64,000 bases of DNA from Eledone cirrhosa (taxonomy: Eukaryota). Below the pieces are notes generated by a model. It saw only the letters and a list, made by a program, of their open reading frames with translations. It was not told the DNA's origin and did not search any database. The translations under genes and the position numbers were made by a program. The stretch lies in assembly GCA_964016885.1 (NCBI GenBank), contig OZ024752.1, forward strand, positions 186,001 through 250,000, in the 5' to 3' direction. Positions 43,201-57,260 of this stretch are shown here, piece after piece (positions within the stretch are counted from its first letter, which is position 1; each line of letters starts with the position of its first letter).

Positions 43201-43406
43201 AGAAAAAAAGATGAAATCGAAAATGCAACTGGATTCTTATTTTTTTAAAAAATATATATATTTATTTGGTTCCTTTACCGGTTTCGCAGTGCTTCTGCTT
43301 TTCAAAAGCAGAAGAACTGCGAAACCGGTAAAGGAACCAAATAAATATATATATTTAAAAAAAAAAATAAGACTCCAGTTGCATTTTCGATTTCATCTTT
43401 TTTTCT
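43201..43406. repeat. Palindrome (~100-bp arms, 1-nt spacer at 43303) made from the 31985-32094 hammerhead element
   Basis: Arms match 31985-32090; the centre lies in ttttcaaaa, the ribozyme core. Confidence 0.92.
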
Positions 43407-43840
43407 TTATACTTTCACTCGTGTAGGACACCTCGGTTATTTTTCATTTTGTAAAAAAAACCTCACTTTCTTATATATATATATATATATATATATATTT
43501 GGTTGGTCTGGAAGAAGAGACAATGTCTTTCTCTCTGAATGCGCTCCGTCTAAGATATAGGTGTATATGTAGCAGCGGCTCAATTCCAGATTTTGGAGCA
43601 GCACTCCATTGAGGCCCCCTCACCTGAGCATTGTAGATGATCCACAACTGGATTAATTATTCAGTAACATATGTACGTGCTTAGTGCATGAAGGGAGGTA
43701 GGGTGCCATTTGATTTAGATTAAATGCATTTGCCATAAAAAAACGATTTCTTTATTTAACACAAATGGTTTACATTAAGAAAACATTAGGACAGCTCAGG
43801 ACGAAAACATAGTGTGTGCGTGTGTGTGCGTGTGTGTCTC

Positions 43841-43878
<38 letters not shown>

Positions 43879-44804
43879 TGAGTATGTGTCTATGTGCATG
43901 TGTCTGTGTCTGTGTCTATGTATATGTCTGTGTGTCTGTGTCTGTGCATGTGTCTGTGTGTGTCTATGTGTGTGTCTATGTATGCGTCTGTGTCTATCTG
44001 TGTCTGCGTGTGTGTCTATGTTTGTGTGTGTCTGCGTGTGTGTCTATTTCTGTGTGTGTCTGCGTGTGTGTCTATGTCTGTGTGTATCTGCGTGTGTGTC
44101 TATTTCTGTGTGTGTCTGCATGTGTGTCTGTGTCTGCGTGTGTGTGTATATCTGTGTGTGTGTATGTCTGTGTGTGTGCGTGTGTGTGTATGTCTGCGTG
44201 TGTGTTTATGTTTGTGTGTGTCTGCGTGTGTGTCTATGTGTATGTGTGTGTCGGCGTGTGTGTCTGTGTATGTATGTGTCTGCGTGTGTGCCTATGTCTG
44301 TGTGTGTCTGCGTGTGTGCCTATGTCTGTGTGTCTGCGTGTGTGTCTATGTCTGTGTGTGTCTGCGTGTGTGTCTATGCCTGTGTGTGTCTGCGTGTGTG
44401 TCTGTGTCTGTGTGTGTCTGCGTGTGTGTCTGTGTGTGTGTCTGTGTTTACACATACACATAATCCCAATAATATCATGGAAGTGGCAATACAAATTTGC
44501 ATAATACCATAATACCAGTAGTTACGCTAGCGTCAGTACTGATATTATGCAGAGACACATGTTTATGTATGTCACAGTGTTTATTTACACTTTTACACAG
44601 CTTCCGTTAAATCTCTTACTGTTTCTCTACAGATGTGCAATGGCGTCTATAGCTGCTTAGTGCACAATTTACTATTTAGTATGTGTATGAGTGTATGTTT
44701 GTGTGTGTGTGTGCGTGTGTGTGTGAATATGTTGAGTGTACTAAGTGCTATAACTGCTGCTGCTGCCACCACCACCACCGCCACTCTTCCTCCTCCCCCT
44801 CCTC

Positions 44805-44861
<57 letters not shown>

Positions 44862-45031
44862 AGAGAGGACTCAATACAATTGCTGAGCAAACTTAATGCG
44901 GTGTATTGGACGACTCACTCGTCTAATTCTGGGAGTTTATGTGTTGTGTGTATGTGTGTGTGTGTGTGTGTTTAACTGCGCATGTACACCCAAACAATAC
45001 ACACACACACACACACACATATCTATCTATC

Positions 45032-45068
<37 letters not shown>

Positions 45069-45556
45069 AGAGAAGTAACAAAAAGGAAAAAGAAATACAA
45101 GCAAAAAAAGAAATCAGAACCGAACTAGACCCAACAAGAGAACAGCTGTAGAGTGTATAGAATTGGAAGGGGCAAACGATGATGGAGGAATGATTGTTAG
45201 AAAAGAAGAAAACAAAGAGAAAGAAAGAAAGAAGGATATATAATAAGAGTGGGTGGAAGATAAAGAAATACATGAGATTACATAAAAAAATAACGAAAGT
45301 AACACACAAACAAGCAAACAACAGAAATATCAAAACCCAAATATACTAAAAAATAAAAACAATAAAAAAAAAAGTCCAGCAAAGTTACAAACAAACAAAC
45401 GTAAAACAGACGTTAAAACGTTGCCAAAAAAAGCTAATCCTTGCTGTTTTGGCTTTATGCCAGAAAAGCAAGTATCGTTCGTTTAGGCTATGTAATTTAC
45501 TGGTAGGGACTGACTTCTATGTACTCTCTACTGTCTCTCTGTCCCTGCCTGACTAC

Positions 45557-45593
<37 letters not shown>

Positions 45594-45705
45594 CACACAC
45601 CTATATATATATATATACATACACACACACACACATCTATATATATACATACACACACACAGATACATCTATATATATATATATATATACATACACACAC
45701 ACACC

Positions 45706-45762
<57 letters not shown>

Positions 45763-45897
45763 GTGTGTGTATGTATACGTCTCTTCTCAATCTGTCTGTC
45801 AGCCAGTCGCCATGTTTGTCTGCCGGTCTGTCTCAGATGGAAGTATATCTCCTCTATCTATCTGTTTGTCTCTTTCTCCATACACATATACACTCAC

Positions 45898-45956
<59 letters not shown>

Positions 45957-46789
45957 GTATATATGTGAGTGTGTGTATATATTTATAATATTAATAACAA
46001 TATTTTTTATTGGTCGCGAGGGTCTCTTTTGGGGGTGATCATGGCAAACTCGCCAAAGTATGAGACTCTTGTGGCCAATAAAAATTATCATTTTATTATT
46101 ATTATTACTATTATTGTTGTTCTTTTTGGTGGATTGGTAGAATCATCCGAACATCGGACAAAAAGTGAAATGAAAATGAAAATGAAAATATACATATTTC
46201 ACAATTTCTTTTTTAAATGTATGCTCCAGTTTTTAAACCAACAGAACAACCTGCTCATGAAACTAACGTGTAAGTGGCTGAGCATTCCACACGCACACAC
46301 ACACACGCGTGTGTATGTGGCTGAGCATTCCATATACACACACAAACAAACGTGTATGTAGTTGAGCGTTCCGCACACACACACACACACATACACACAC
46401 ACATATACACACAACGGAATTCCTAGGGAGTTTCAGCGTGACACTGTGTGTTACAAATCTTGCCCATCCAACGGGCTTCCAAACAGCTTCTTCTACTCAA
46501 TTTCACTCACAAAACACTGGTCGAACCGAAGCTATAGTAAATGACACTTGTCCTAGATGCCCCAACAATAGGATCGAACTTGCGAACTTCTTGATCCATT
46601 CAGCCACGCTATGTCCTCTGTCTTTACAGTAGGATCATTACCTCAGGAACAACCAAAGAATCCCTACAGATCCTGTACTACTCTGACAACTAATCACGTT
46701 CCTAATAACTTAAAATATCCATAGCGAAACTTCTGTATATTTATTCTACTTAAACATATTATATATGCTTTCATATCTATCTCTATAAT

Positions 46790-47330
46790 GGAGACTAGAT
46801 GTTTGCCATTTCTACCTGACATTTCAAGGATAGCTCCTTCTCTGTCGATTTATGGTGGAAACCTTTCGCCTTGCCCTTAATCTCGTCCCAGGTGGAGGTC
46901 CGTACTGAACTAGACCAAACTAACTTAACCGATCTATCTGTCCAGCGCCCCACAAACTTGTCCAATGACATTGACTTCTCTATTCAAGTGCCAAAATGCA
47001 AGGCCACCGATTTTTTAAAATTAATATTTGCTCCTGTCGCCACTTCGTATTTCTTTAAAACATTTACCGAGCATTTTGACGTCTGTAGTAACACCCATCA
47101 TTGGAATACATCTACATATACTGACGCGGCCCTCCTGTGTCTCAGTTTGAATCAGATGCTTATCAACATTTTTCGTAGTAAAGGCCCGAGTCGTGGATAG
47201 ATCTGCTCGAAATTGCAAACAATTTTTTCGAACATAAAACATTCTCGGTCCTTGAACGGTGTCACGAGTAACGAACATGAATGCCGGCAACAACGATTGA
47301 CAACAAGCTTGGAGTATTGGCGGGAAAACG
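46790..47330 (-). pseudogene. Decayed Tx1/L1-clade RT fragment
   Basis: Frameshifted SVYVD, KYEVATGANINFKKSVALHFGT*, WDEIKGK and ELSLKCQVEMAN. Confidence 0.6.
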
Positions 47331-47946
47331 ACACTTGTAATGTAGTTAGTTACGATGGTGATATCTATCTGTCTTTCACATACAGTCTCTCTCTCTCATT
47401 GTATTTCTCTCTCGGCATTTCGTATGGAAAAAATAGTTTCAGTTTACGATCATTTCGGGCGATGAACGGCCTTCAGCGACATATTAACTTGGTGGAGCGA
47501 GGTTACACTTTATATATATATATATACACACATACTCACATACCATACAAGCGTCTTAACCTTCGTTGCAAATGGGATGCTGAAAACATCAGCTGGGTAC
47601 TTTGACACATCCGCAACAGTTTTACTACTTACCAACCTCCCCGCCAACCTTACCGACCTACATATATACCTAGCTACCAGCCTATTTAGATATCAATCTC
47701 CTTACACACCTACCTACCTAATCTAAAACTTAGATACGTTTGTACATATGTATATATCATAGCTTCCTACTGCCTACCTATACACATACATACCTGCATA
47801 CACAACACACACATTTATATATATAAATAATATTATGAAGACTCTTTACGATATAACTAAACTCTACTACCCCAAGTATCGAGTACTCTGTTGAGAAATG
47901 GTCAAACCAGTTTCAAACTGAATCCATCCTGATTTATATATATTAT

Positions 47947-48049
47947 CCGCCGAGGTTGACTTTGCCTTTCATCCTTACGGGGTCGATAAAATAAAGTACC
48001 AGTAATGCACTGGGTATTTGCTGGCCTTGTGTCTAAAGTAGAAACAATT
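47947..48049 (+). mobile_element. SINE family A 3' half
   Basis: gccgaggttgactttgcctttcatccttacggggtcgataaaataaagtaccag...gtagaaacaatt. Confidence 0.8.
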
Positions 48050-48099
48050 ATATGTATATATTTTCTTTCTCTCTCTCTATATATATATGCAGTATATTC

Positions 48100-48140
<41 letters not shown>

Positions 48141-48747
48141 GGTGGGGGTGTTGGGTGGGGTGGTCATTGTCAGTCGACACATTTTCCCAGTTACCAGTAC
48201 ATCATGCGGCAAATAACAACCACATCTCCTTTAAAGCACGCCTTGTCTTACTGCCCGCAGGTACGAGCCCCACGAGGTGGAGTAACTGTTTCAGCGCGTC
48301 TCCCTCACCATCCTCCGGGGCAATGTATTCTCTATCCTGTCGGCAGGAACCAAGAGGCTGAGGGTTAGATAGTTGGAGGCGGATGATACTAGTTCGTAGG
48401 CACACACATACTCACATACTCATTCCTCAGCATATTAACCTTTATAAAATACTAAGGAACAGATACCTAAAACCTTCTAACAGCTAGTAATGATTCAGCA
48501 GAAAATATCTATTAAACAAAGCTAGTTTGTTACTTCAAATGTTTACAGTATCTTTCTTTATTAATGGACAAATTGTAATGAAAATTTGTAGTAAATTAGA
48601 CTTCAATTTTTAATTGCAATCATAATACTGATTTGTACTTTTCAAGGATGTGTTTGTTGTAAATGCGGTTTCACGTATTGCAGGGCGCTATGAGTTAAAA
48701 AATATGGAAGGTCATATTAGATAATGTAAACCTATATTCCTTTAAAA

Positions 48748-48913
48748 CAGGGTTTCCCAAACTTTTTCTAACACGGAACCCGTTTTGGTTCAGAAACTTT
48801 GGGAGGAACACCAAAGTCTAATACTGTTATATTGTCGTAATATAAATATACTCCACTACACTTTTCACAGAACCACAGACACCTCTTTGCGAAACTTATT
48901 TTGGGAACCACTG
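48748..48913. mobile_element. hAT (Charlie-like) MITE
   Basis: TIRs cagggtttcccaa/ttgggaaccactg; perfect 8-bp TSD ctttaaaa. Confidence 0.85.
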
Positions 48914-49174
48914 CTTTAAAAGAATAGCTCTGTCCATTTTACATCCAAGTCTGTTGGATTGTTTTGATCATCATAGGACTGTTTGATGTAAGTTGAGCTG
49001 GGGCTAAACAATATCAATAGCAAAAACATCCTTATACTGACTTAATAAATTACAACTACATAATTGTAACAAGGTCACTGCATATTTGTTTAAAAGGCAC
49101 GTGGTTTAGTAGTTAGGGTGACTGTGCCAATTCTAATATATAATTAACTATTTACATCTTCAAAACGCCACTGA

Positions 49175-49527
49175 TGAATTTTATTTAATTTAACTTAAAG
49201 TTAAAAGCTTCGACGTACAGGTTTTTGTTTATGTAAAATAATCTAACTAGTTTGGCAGATAAGCCAATGGAGATGGAAAAAGTAGACAGCATTGCCCATG
49301 GGATTCGAACTCACATCTGCCTTAAACCAGCTGCACCAAAGCGATGCTCAGAAATTTTTCCGTTATTTAAGCTGTTTGAGCGAGTATAAAATTTATTGAA
49401 TTTTATTTAAAGATAAAAGCTGTCCAATATTCCCAAATTGTTAGACTATTTTTCATAGTAAAAAAAAAACTTTAAAAAAACGTACGCTGAAGCTTTCAAC
49501 TTGAAGTTAAATACAATAAAATTCATT
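49175..49527. mobile_element. MITE-like element with ~50-bp imperfect TIRs and an internal B-box
   Basis: atgaattttatt..aagttaaaagcttc..cgtac vs gtacg..gaagctttcaactt..aataaaattcat; gagttcgaatccc on the minus strand at ~49300. Confidence 0.5.
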
Positions 49528-50772
49528 CCTGCTCGACGATTCTAGAATAAATCGTTTGACGACTGATGAACGTTTTGATAACTGGCAGTAGTCTGCACGA
49601 AAGACAGTTGATTCCATAATAACTATTTTGTAAGGGGTTATATTTCTCAAATCGTTATATATTTGTTGGCTTGCATGTTATCAAGTGAATAAAGGAGAGG
49701 GAAATGGCAAGGATTGTTAAGCAATGAATGAAAGGGTGATGGGAAGACGGTGACAGATTCTACAACTAAGTCAGTGTGGTATTTCGGTTGCACCCCACGG
49801 ACAAAATGGCAAAAACATTGTAGCGGACAATAGCCAGCGACATCCGCAACAACAGCCATCCCACCTCGTGGATTTCCTCAAACAGCCTGCTTCATGTTTG
49901 CTTATGACGAAAAACAAAACGGTTTATTTAAGGGAATTTTAGAACTGCACAAATCTTTGGAGGCAGATACCATGACCCAGAGTTTGATATTCTCTAAGTC
50001 TAAGAATCATTTGTTATGGCTATTTAAAATATTTTATGAGCGTTTCAAGCCATTATTTACTATGTAAACACACATAGTATTTGACATAAAATATAAACTT
50101 ACAGCACAAAATTAGATTTAGAACATCACAAGCAGGGGTCACCTACACATTGATATAGTCATTGTCGTAAATAAAAGGTAAATATTGAAAAGGATGATAG
50201 ATGTTTTTTACTATAATCCTTCTCGATGGCCACACTAGCCTGATTAACGCATTATCAATAATGAATCACTTTATTTCATTCCTAAGAACTTTTTATTATC
50301 TTCTGTATAAATAGTATATCATACTTTGTTCTATTATGCAGCTTCTCTATATTTCAATGTTATACTAAACTAGTACACGGTCAGTGAATTAAATCATAAG
50401 AAAATAAAAAGGAGGAAAAAATGTTACAAAAGATTTCTTTTGTCTTTTCATTGATTTTCTTTTAACGTAAACCAATCATACGTGAACGAGGACTAAATAC
50501 TACTCCTGATGAACTTTGTAGATAACTGTCTCCTCGTCATGAACATGTTTGTTTGCAGAATATTAGACCGTGAAATAGGACATGTACTACATGACATGTT
50601 CACTGCATAATTAATCCTACACCGATTTATACAATATATGCAGCCTCATACTTATTTATATGTATGTATGTTAGAACTCAATGTGGCCTTACGCTTTTTT
50701 GCCCATAGCTGTATTTGACAGCATTTAACTGTTTTAAAGTCTGTTCTAGCGATGAGTTTTCTCATTTTTATA

Positions 50773-50807
<35 letters not shown>

Positions 50808-50865
50808 CCCATTGTGTTGCAATTCTGATTACGCCTTGTAACACTATGTATGTGACCCCCCCCCC

Positions 50866-50918
<53 letters not shown>

Positions 50919-51204
50919 CACACACACATTGTATGTATTCAATATTTTATACATTCGCATAAAATAAAATTTAATTTCCGTCTTTATTTTCGCAATATTT
51001 TCTTTCCTTTTCTTTTACTGTAGTATAGAATTTATGGCAGCCGAGATAAATAATACGGTTATGTTTAGTTTATAAATTGGACTTCATAGCAGCGGATATT
51101 GTATCTGTCTAACATGAAAATAGCCATTTAATCTATTATATATTGAATTCCATGCATTAAATTAGCTTTCTATATAATGAATTAGATATTTTTATATTTA
51201 ACTT

Positions 51205-51330
51205 TACGGACATATGGTTAGAATGTCTAAGGAAAGATTCGTTGGACAGATTTTACGGGCAAAGCCAACTGGCAGGAAACCTCGACGTAGACGCCGAACA
51301 AGATGGCTGGATAAGAACGGCGAAGAAGAA
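51205..51330 (+). pseudogene. RTE/Rex3-like C-terminal fragment
   Basis: GHMVRMSKERFVGQILRAKPTGRKPRRRRRTRWLD. Confidence 0.65.
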
Positions 51331-51684
51331 GAATAAAAAAACACTAAAAATAAAAATGCAAAAACAATAAAATATCTAGAAAAATCTCACCTACCTGTCA
51401 GGTGTTCCATGTGTATCAGTTATCTGATGTCTGAAAAGTTAGAGCAAAATATGTTTAGATGACTCCACACCTTGGTTTAGCAGAAAATATTTTAAAACGG
51501 GTTTGTTAATCAAGATATTTACAGTATCTTTACCAATAGACAGACCACTGTGGAAATTTGCATTAAACTAAAGTAAAGGCTGTTATTTTTAATGTGATGC
51601 AGTCATATTGCTGTTTTCTACCTTTTAATGATGTTTTTTTCTAATGTGGTTTCATGTGGTACAGGACTTCGAGAGTTAATTATC

Positions 51685-52071
51685 ATAATTGTTCCTACTT
51701 TTGGTACAAGGCCAGCAATTTGAGAGTGAAGGTGAAAATCGATTAGATGGACCTCAGTACTTTACTCGTGTTTATTTTATCGACATCGAAAGGATGAAAG
51801 GTAAGGCTAACCTCGGCAAAACATAAAGGGCCGTAACTGGTATCCGACGCTCTACCAATTCTGCTAATCCAGGTCAACTTAATAATAATTGTTTCTACTT
51901 TTTGGCACAAGGCCAGCAATTATTCCAGTGTATTACTGGTACTTTATTTTATCGACCCCGTAAGGATGAAAGGCAAAGTTAACCTCGGCGGGATTTGAAC
52001 TCAGTCCGTAAAGGGACGTAACTGTGCTGCAAAGCATGGCGTCCGACCCTCTACCGATACTGCCAATCCAC
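51685..52071 (-). mobile_element. Two tandem SINE A copies (old long form plus young short form)
   Basis: Consensus matches at 51685-51875 and 51886-52071. Confidence 0.8.
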
Positions 52072-52817
52072 TAATACTAATGGTTTCTGATTTACGCTCA
52101 AGGTCAACAATTTTGGGGGAGGGGAAAAACGATTATATTTTGTACCACATTCCGAAATTCGTCATCGCTTCTGGATTTTATTCTTCCATCAGCTCCTACT
52201 TTTAAAAGCACCTCCGTTGATTTGGTCACCTGTTGTGACTCATCGGACAAGCAGTCAGACCCGATGGCGTAAACAGCGCAAACGCGAATTAGCACGATCA
52301 AGTCGGATGCTGGGCGAATATCTGCTCCTCCTATATATAGTGTCTGCCGTTGGAATCGTGACTGGTTGCCAGTATCTATGTTGAACTTATTTGATTTGCC
52401 GTGTGTTGGTAGCCCCTGTTGGCAACGTTGTGGATACACTGGTTAAAGCTAGATCAATCCAGCCTGGCTGAACGCCGACACAATTGCTGGACCTCCGTCC
52501 GTTACGACAACGATTGCTCCAACCTTTCAAACAACGGATCTACGTGTTCTTGAAATTAACGTGCAATTTGGTCAGTTTGAGTCAACGTGACATAATATGT
52601 GACAAAGTTGACCATTTGAAATACAAGTACGATATTTATTTTTTAGCAGCTGGGTGCAAAGCAGAAACGTGTTGTAAAATATCTTGCTCAAGGACAAAAT
52701 ACGCCGACAAGAACTGAACATCGAGATCACCATGCCGCGTGTTTCCTTGCTGGCACAAATACAAGTAGACGTACTTATAAATTTAAACGCACACAAACAC
52801 ATTCTCCCCCCCCCCCC

Positions 52818-52850
<33 letters not shown>

Positions 52851-53033
52851 CCTATATTTCTCTTGAATATCACAGTAACTCCAAAAACGGCACTGAACAA
52901 TGTATTTCAAAAGAAGCAGACGATATTTCTAACATGTCAAATCACTATATCAAAACATTCTTTTTTCATTCAATATTGTGTGTATTGTCTGTATACATAC
53001 ATGTATGTAGACAAGAAAGTATGTGTGTGTGGC

Positions 53034-53149
<116 letters not shown>

Positions 53150-53539
53150 TATGAATGTACTTATGTGCGTTTGTTATTTTGAATATCATAAGATGTTTTC
53201 GACTGTTCACGAAACTGGAAATAGCGTCAGTGAATACCATACCGGAAATAGGACAGGTAGTTCTTTAATACATACACACACACATGTGTATATATATATG
53301 TATACACACATACACACTTCTCTCGTCGCGAACGACAGATGAGGATTCAGCAAGGATATATATATATATATCTGTCTCTCTCTCTGTGTGGTGTGTGGTG
53401 TGTGGTGTGTGGTGTGTGGTGTGTGTGTGTGTGTGTGTAGGTCTGATGTGGCATATACTCTAGTAAGCAGTGGTAAATACATATGGCTCATGTATAGGTT
53501 ATCGCGATATACATATAACATACGTGATGTACTTAGAAA

Positions 53540-53960
53540 TAATTGTTTCTACTTTTGGCACAAGGCCAGCAATTACCCAGTGCATTATTGGTACTTTATT
53601 TTATTGACCCCGTATGGATGAAAGGCAAAGTCAACCTCGGCGGGATTTGAACTCAGATCGTAAAGGGAGGTAACTATGCTGGAAAGCATGGCGTCCGACC
53701 CTCTATCGATACTGCCAATCCACCGCCCTTGCCAGAAATAATGGGTTCTGATTTAGGCACAAGACCAACAATTGTGGAGGGAGGAACATGTCGGTTAAAT
53801 CTACCCCAGTGCATTACTGGTACTGTAGTTTATCGACTCCGAAGGGATGAAAGACAAAGCTAACCTCTGCGGGATTTCAACCCAGGACGTAAAGTACCGT
53901 AGCCATATGCTAGAAAGAACGTTGTCGAACGCTCTAGCGACATCGTCAATTCCCGTCTCG
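53540..53960 (-). mobile_element. Two tandem SINE A copies
   Basis: Short form 53540-53728 and long form 53740-53960. Confidence 0.8.
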
Positions 53961-54579
53961 CCTAGTATACTTAGAAATAACATAAGAGAATAAAACAACT
54001 GGAGCGAGAATAACTAATAAAGCTAGTTCAGTGCTATTGAGTCGCTCCTTTGTCCCTGATCGGGAGAGGAAATAGTGACAGCTGCTTCAAAATCGAACGT
54101 ACTGGCCCATATAGAACCACCCACCATCCTACTCTGCGTGGGCCTGTTATATATTGACAAATATTAACACACACAAACATATACACACGAGCATATACAT
54201 ACAACACACTCACATACAAACAAATACACTTACATACGAACAGACATACACAGAACACACTTCTTTGAGTCATTTCCTCAAAAATGTATACCAATTTATA
54301 TAGGCTTGAATTAACAAATGATGTGTGTATATGTATATGTGTAACGCACATACGTATGTATATATACGTAGATAAGTAGATAAGTATGAATGTATATATC
54401 TCTATATCTATATATATATACATACATACACAGATACATATATGTAATCATAGATAAATATGTTTGTACAAATAAACACATATTTTTGTGTAGAGTGAGG
54501 AGTGGCGGGCGTATAGTAGAGGAAAGATGGGGAGAGTGAAGGGAATATATACTCATATATATATATATATATATATATA

Positions 54580-54615
<36 letters not shown>

Positions 54616-54768
54616 TTTTGAGTTTATGTTGGTTGTATACCAACACCTCAGATATAATTCCAGTTCCTCAGTGAAATAACAACCCAACCAGGAACTGGGC
54701 ATATCAGAGTATTGACAATATTATACACCTCAACAACATATGTACTTGTCTATACCATACTAATTCAA

Positions 54769-54823
54769 ACTGCCTGAAGAGATCACAGCCAAAGATGGCT
54801 GTCACTGAAATATATATAGCCGT
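54769..54823 (+). ncRNA. Type I hammerhead, same family as 21251
   Basis: actgc-CUGAAGA-gatc acagcc/aaagat/ggctgt cact-GAAA-tatata-UA-gccgt, then AATAAA. Confidence 0.68.
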
Positions 54824-54868
54824 AATAAACGAAGCTAAATTTTAATCATTTGACTTTTTATTTAACTT

Positions 54869-54914
<46 letters not shown>

Positions 54915-55040
54915 ACATATATATAACCAGTACTGGCATTGATAAATATGCTGGGTCCGTCAACTCCTTATAAAAAAAAAAATAAAAAAAAAATAAAAAG
55001 AAAAAGAAAGTTATATATATATAAATGAAAATAGAGAAAT

Positions 55041-55626
55041 TAATTGTTTCTACGTTAGGCACAAAGCCAGCAATTACCCAGTGTATTACTGGTACTTTAT
55101 TTTATCGACCCCGTAAGGATGACAGGCAAAGTTAACCTCGGTGGGATTTGAACTCAGAATGGCAAGGGCCCTAACTCTATGCGTCAAAGCATGGCGTCCG
55201 ACCCTCTACCGATACTGCCAATCCACCGCCCTAATGAAAATAGAGAAATAATTGTTTCTACTTTTGGCACAAAGCCATCAATTACCCAGTGCATTACTGG
55301 TACTTTATTTTATCGATCCCGTAAGGATGAAAGGCAAAGTTAACCTCGGCGGGATTTGAACTCAGAATGATAAGGGCCGTAACTCTATGCGTCAAAGAAT
55401 GCCGTCCGACGCTCTACCGATACTGCCAATCCAAGAGAAATAATTGTTTCTACTTTAGGCACAAGGCCAGCAATTACCCAGTGCATTACTGGTACTTTAT
55501 TTTATCGACCCCGTAAGGATGAAAGGCAAAGTCAACCTCGGCGGGATTTGAACTCAGATCGTAAAGGGACGTAACTATGCTGGAAAGCATGGCGGCCGAC
55601 CCTCTACCGATACTGCCAATCCACCG
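55041..55626 (-). mobile_element. Tandem trimer of SINE A (55041-55231, 55249-55432, 55441-55626)
   Basis: Three full short-form copies separated by copies of the target sequence. Confidence 0.9.
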
Positions 55627-55847
55627 GAGAAATAATGAATAGAAAATAGAAAATGAAAATAGAGAAATTAATGTGAGCAAGAAGCCAACATTAATTCATA
55701 CATATAAGTGACTATTACGTCAAGATGGAAAATATTTAACGTAAGATATGGGAAAATAATTCAATCCCAATTCAAAAAAAGTCAAGACAGAAATTTTATC
55801 CACAGATTTTGTGTAATCCAGGGAATATATATATATATACTCGTATA

Positions 55848-55953
55848 TCAAGGGTGTCCTCAAAAATATATACATACTTCCATTACCTTTACCTGTACAG
55901 AAAATATTTATTAGAACGCTGTTGAAGTGTGAATACATTTTTGGGACTCACGG
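55848..55953. mobile_element. Tc1-like MITE (second copy near 22090-22200)
   Basis: Imperfect TIRs gggtgtcctcaaaaatatatacatact / agtgtgaatacatttttgggactcac, with TA flanks. Confidence 0.45.
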
Positions 55954-55972
55954 TATATATATATATATATAA

Positions 55973-56006
<34 letters not shown>

Positions 56007-56134
56007 CGAAGGAAATGTGGTAAGGAACCAGTTGGACCAACCATAACGCACCTTTTTTTTTTTTTTTTTTTTTTTTCTAGTCCAGAATTAGCCGTCGAAA
56101 CGGCTTGAGCTCAGCCGTCGGGGTCCTACTCGTT

Positions 56135-56178
<44 letters not shown>

Positions 56179-56180
56179 CG

Positions 56181-56212
<32 letters not shown>

Positions 56213-56260
56213 TTAGATTCCTTACTGTATATATATATATATTCATTAGATTCTTTACTG

Positions 56261-56293
<33 letters not shown>

Positions 56294-56527
56294 GCGTATA
56301 TATATATAACGTATTTAGACCCGCTGCAAAAATAGGTCAGTTACAATAGAGACATCTATTTTACAGGGAGGAGTTGTAAGGTCTGTGTATTAACTAACAA
56401 ATTAGATATTAAGAGAATTTATTAGCTCAGCATGAGTCTGATAATTGTTGTATGTATACATGGATATATATAGAGAGAGGGAGCTGGAATCACACACACA
56501 TGCGCATACACACACACACACACACAT

Positions 56528-56573
<46 letters not shown>

Positions 56574-56796
56574 CACTACTTGTGTTTTTATAATTGTTGT
56601 GTATACATGAATATATATAGAGAGAGGGAGCTGGAATTACACTCACATACACACATACATTTATATATGTATATATATATACACCACTACTTGTGTTTTT
56701 ATATATGTAATTATGTATGTACATGCATGTGTTCATGTGTATAAATATGTATATGTATGTGTGTGTGCGTTTGTGCGTGTGTGTATATTTATATAT

Positions 56797-56987
56797 AATT
56801 GTTTCTACTTTAGGCACAAGGCCAGCAATTATTCCAGTGTATTACTGGTACTTTATTTTATCGACCCCTTAAGGATGAAAGGCAAAGTTAACCCCGGCGG
56901 GATTTGAACTCAGAATGGCAAGGGCCGTAACTCTATGCGTCAAAGCAATGCGTCCGACCCTCTACCGATACTGCCAATCCCCCGCCC
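56797..56987 (-). mobile_element. SINE family A (short form)
   Basis: Consensus match. Confidence 0.85.
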
Positions 56988-57225
56988 TATATATTTGTAT
57001 ATTTATATATAATGTATATATATTTGCATGTATATTTATATATAATGTATATATATAATATATATATACATATTTGTGTGCGTCAGAGAGTGTGTTCGTT
57101 ATGTGTCTGCAAATGCAACTATGTCCGTATACTGTTCGACATTTATACGAGACATTTTTACAATTCGTAAATGATACTACGTACACAAAATCATTGTATA
57201 AGGAGTTGCACGTGTGTGTGTGCGC

Positions 57226-57260
<35 letters not shown>

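Noticed and set aside
49558-49593. ctgatga...ctggcagtagtc hammerhead-like string
   Set aside because: No GAAA, no stem II, and stem I out of register.
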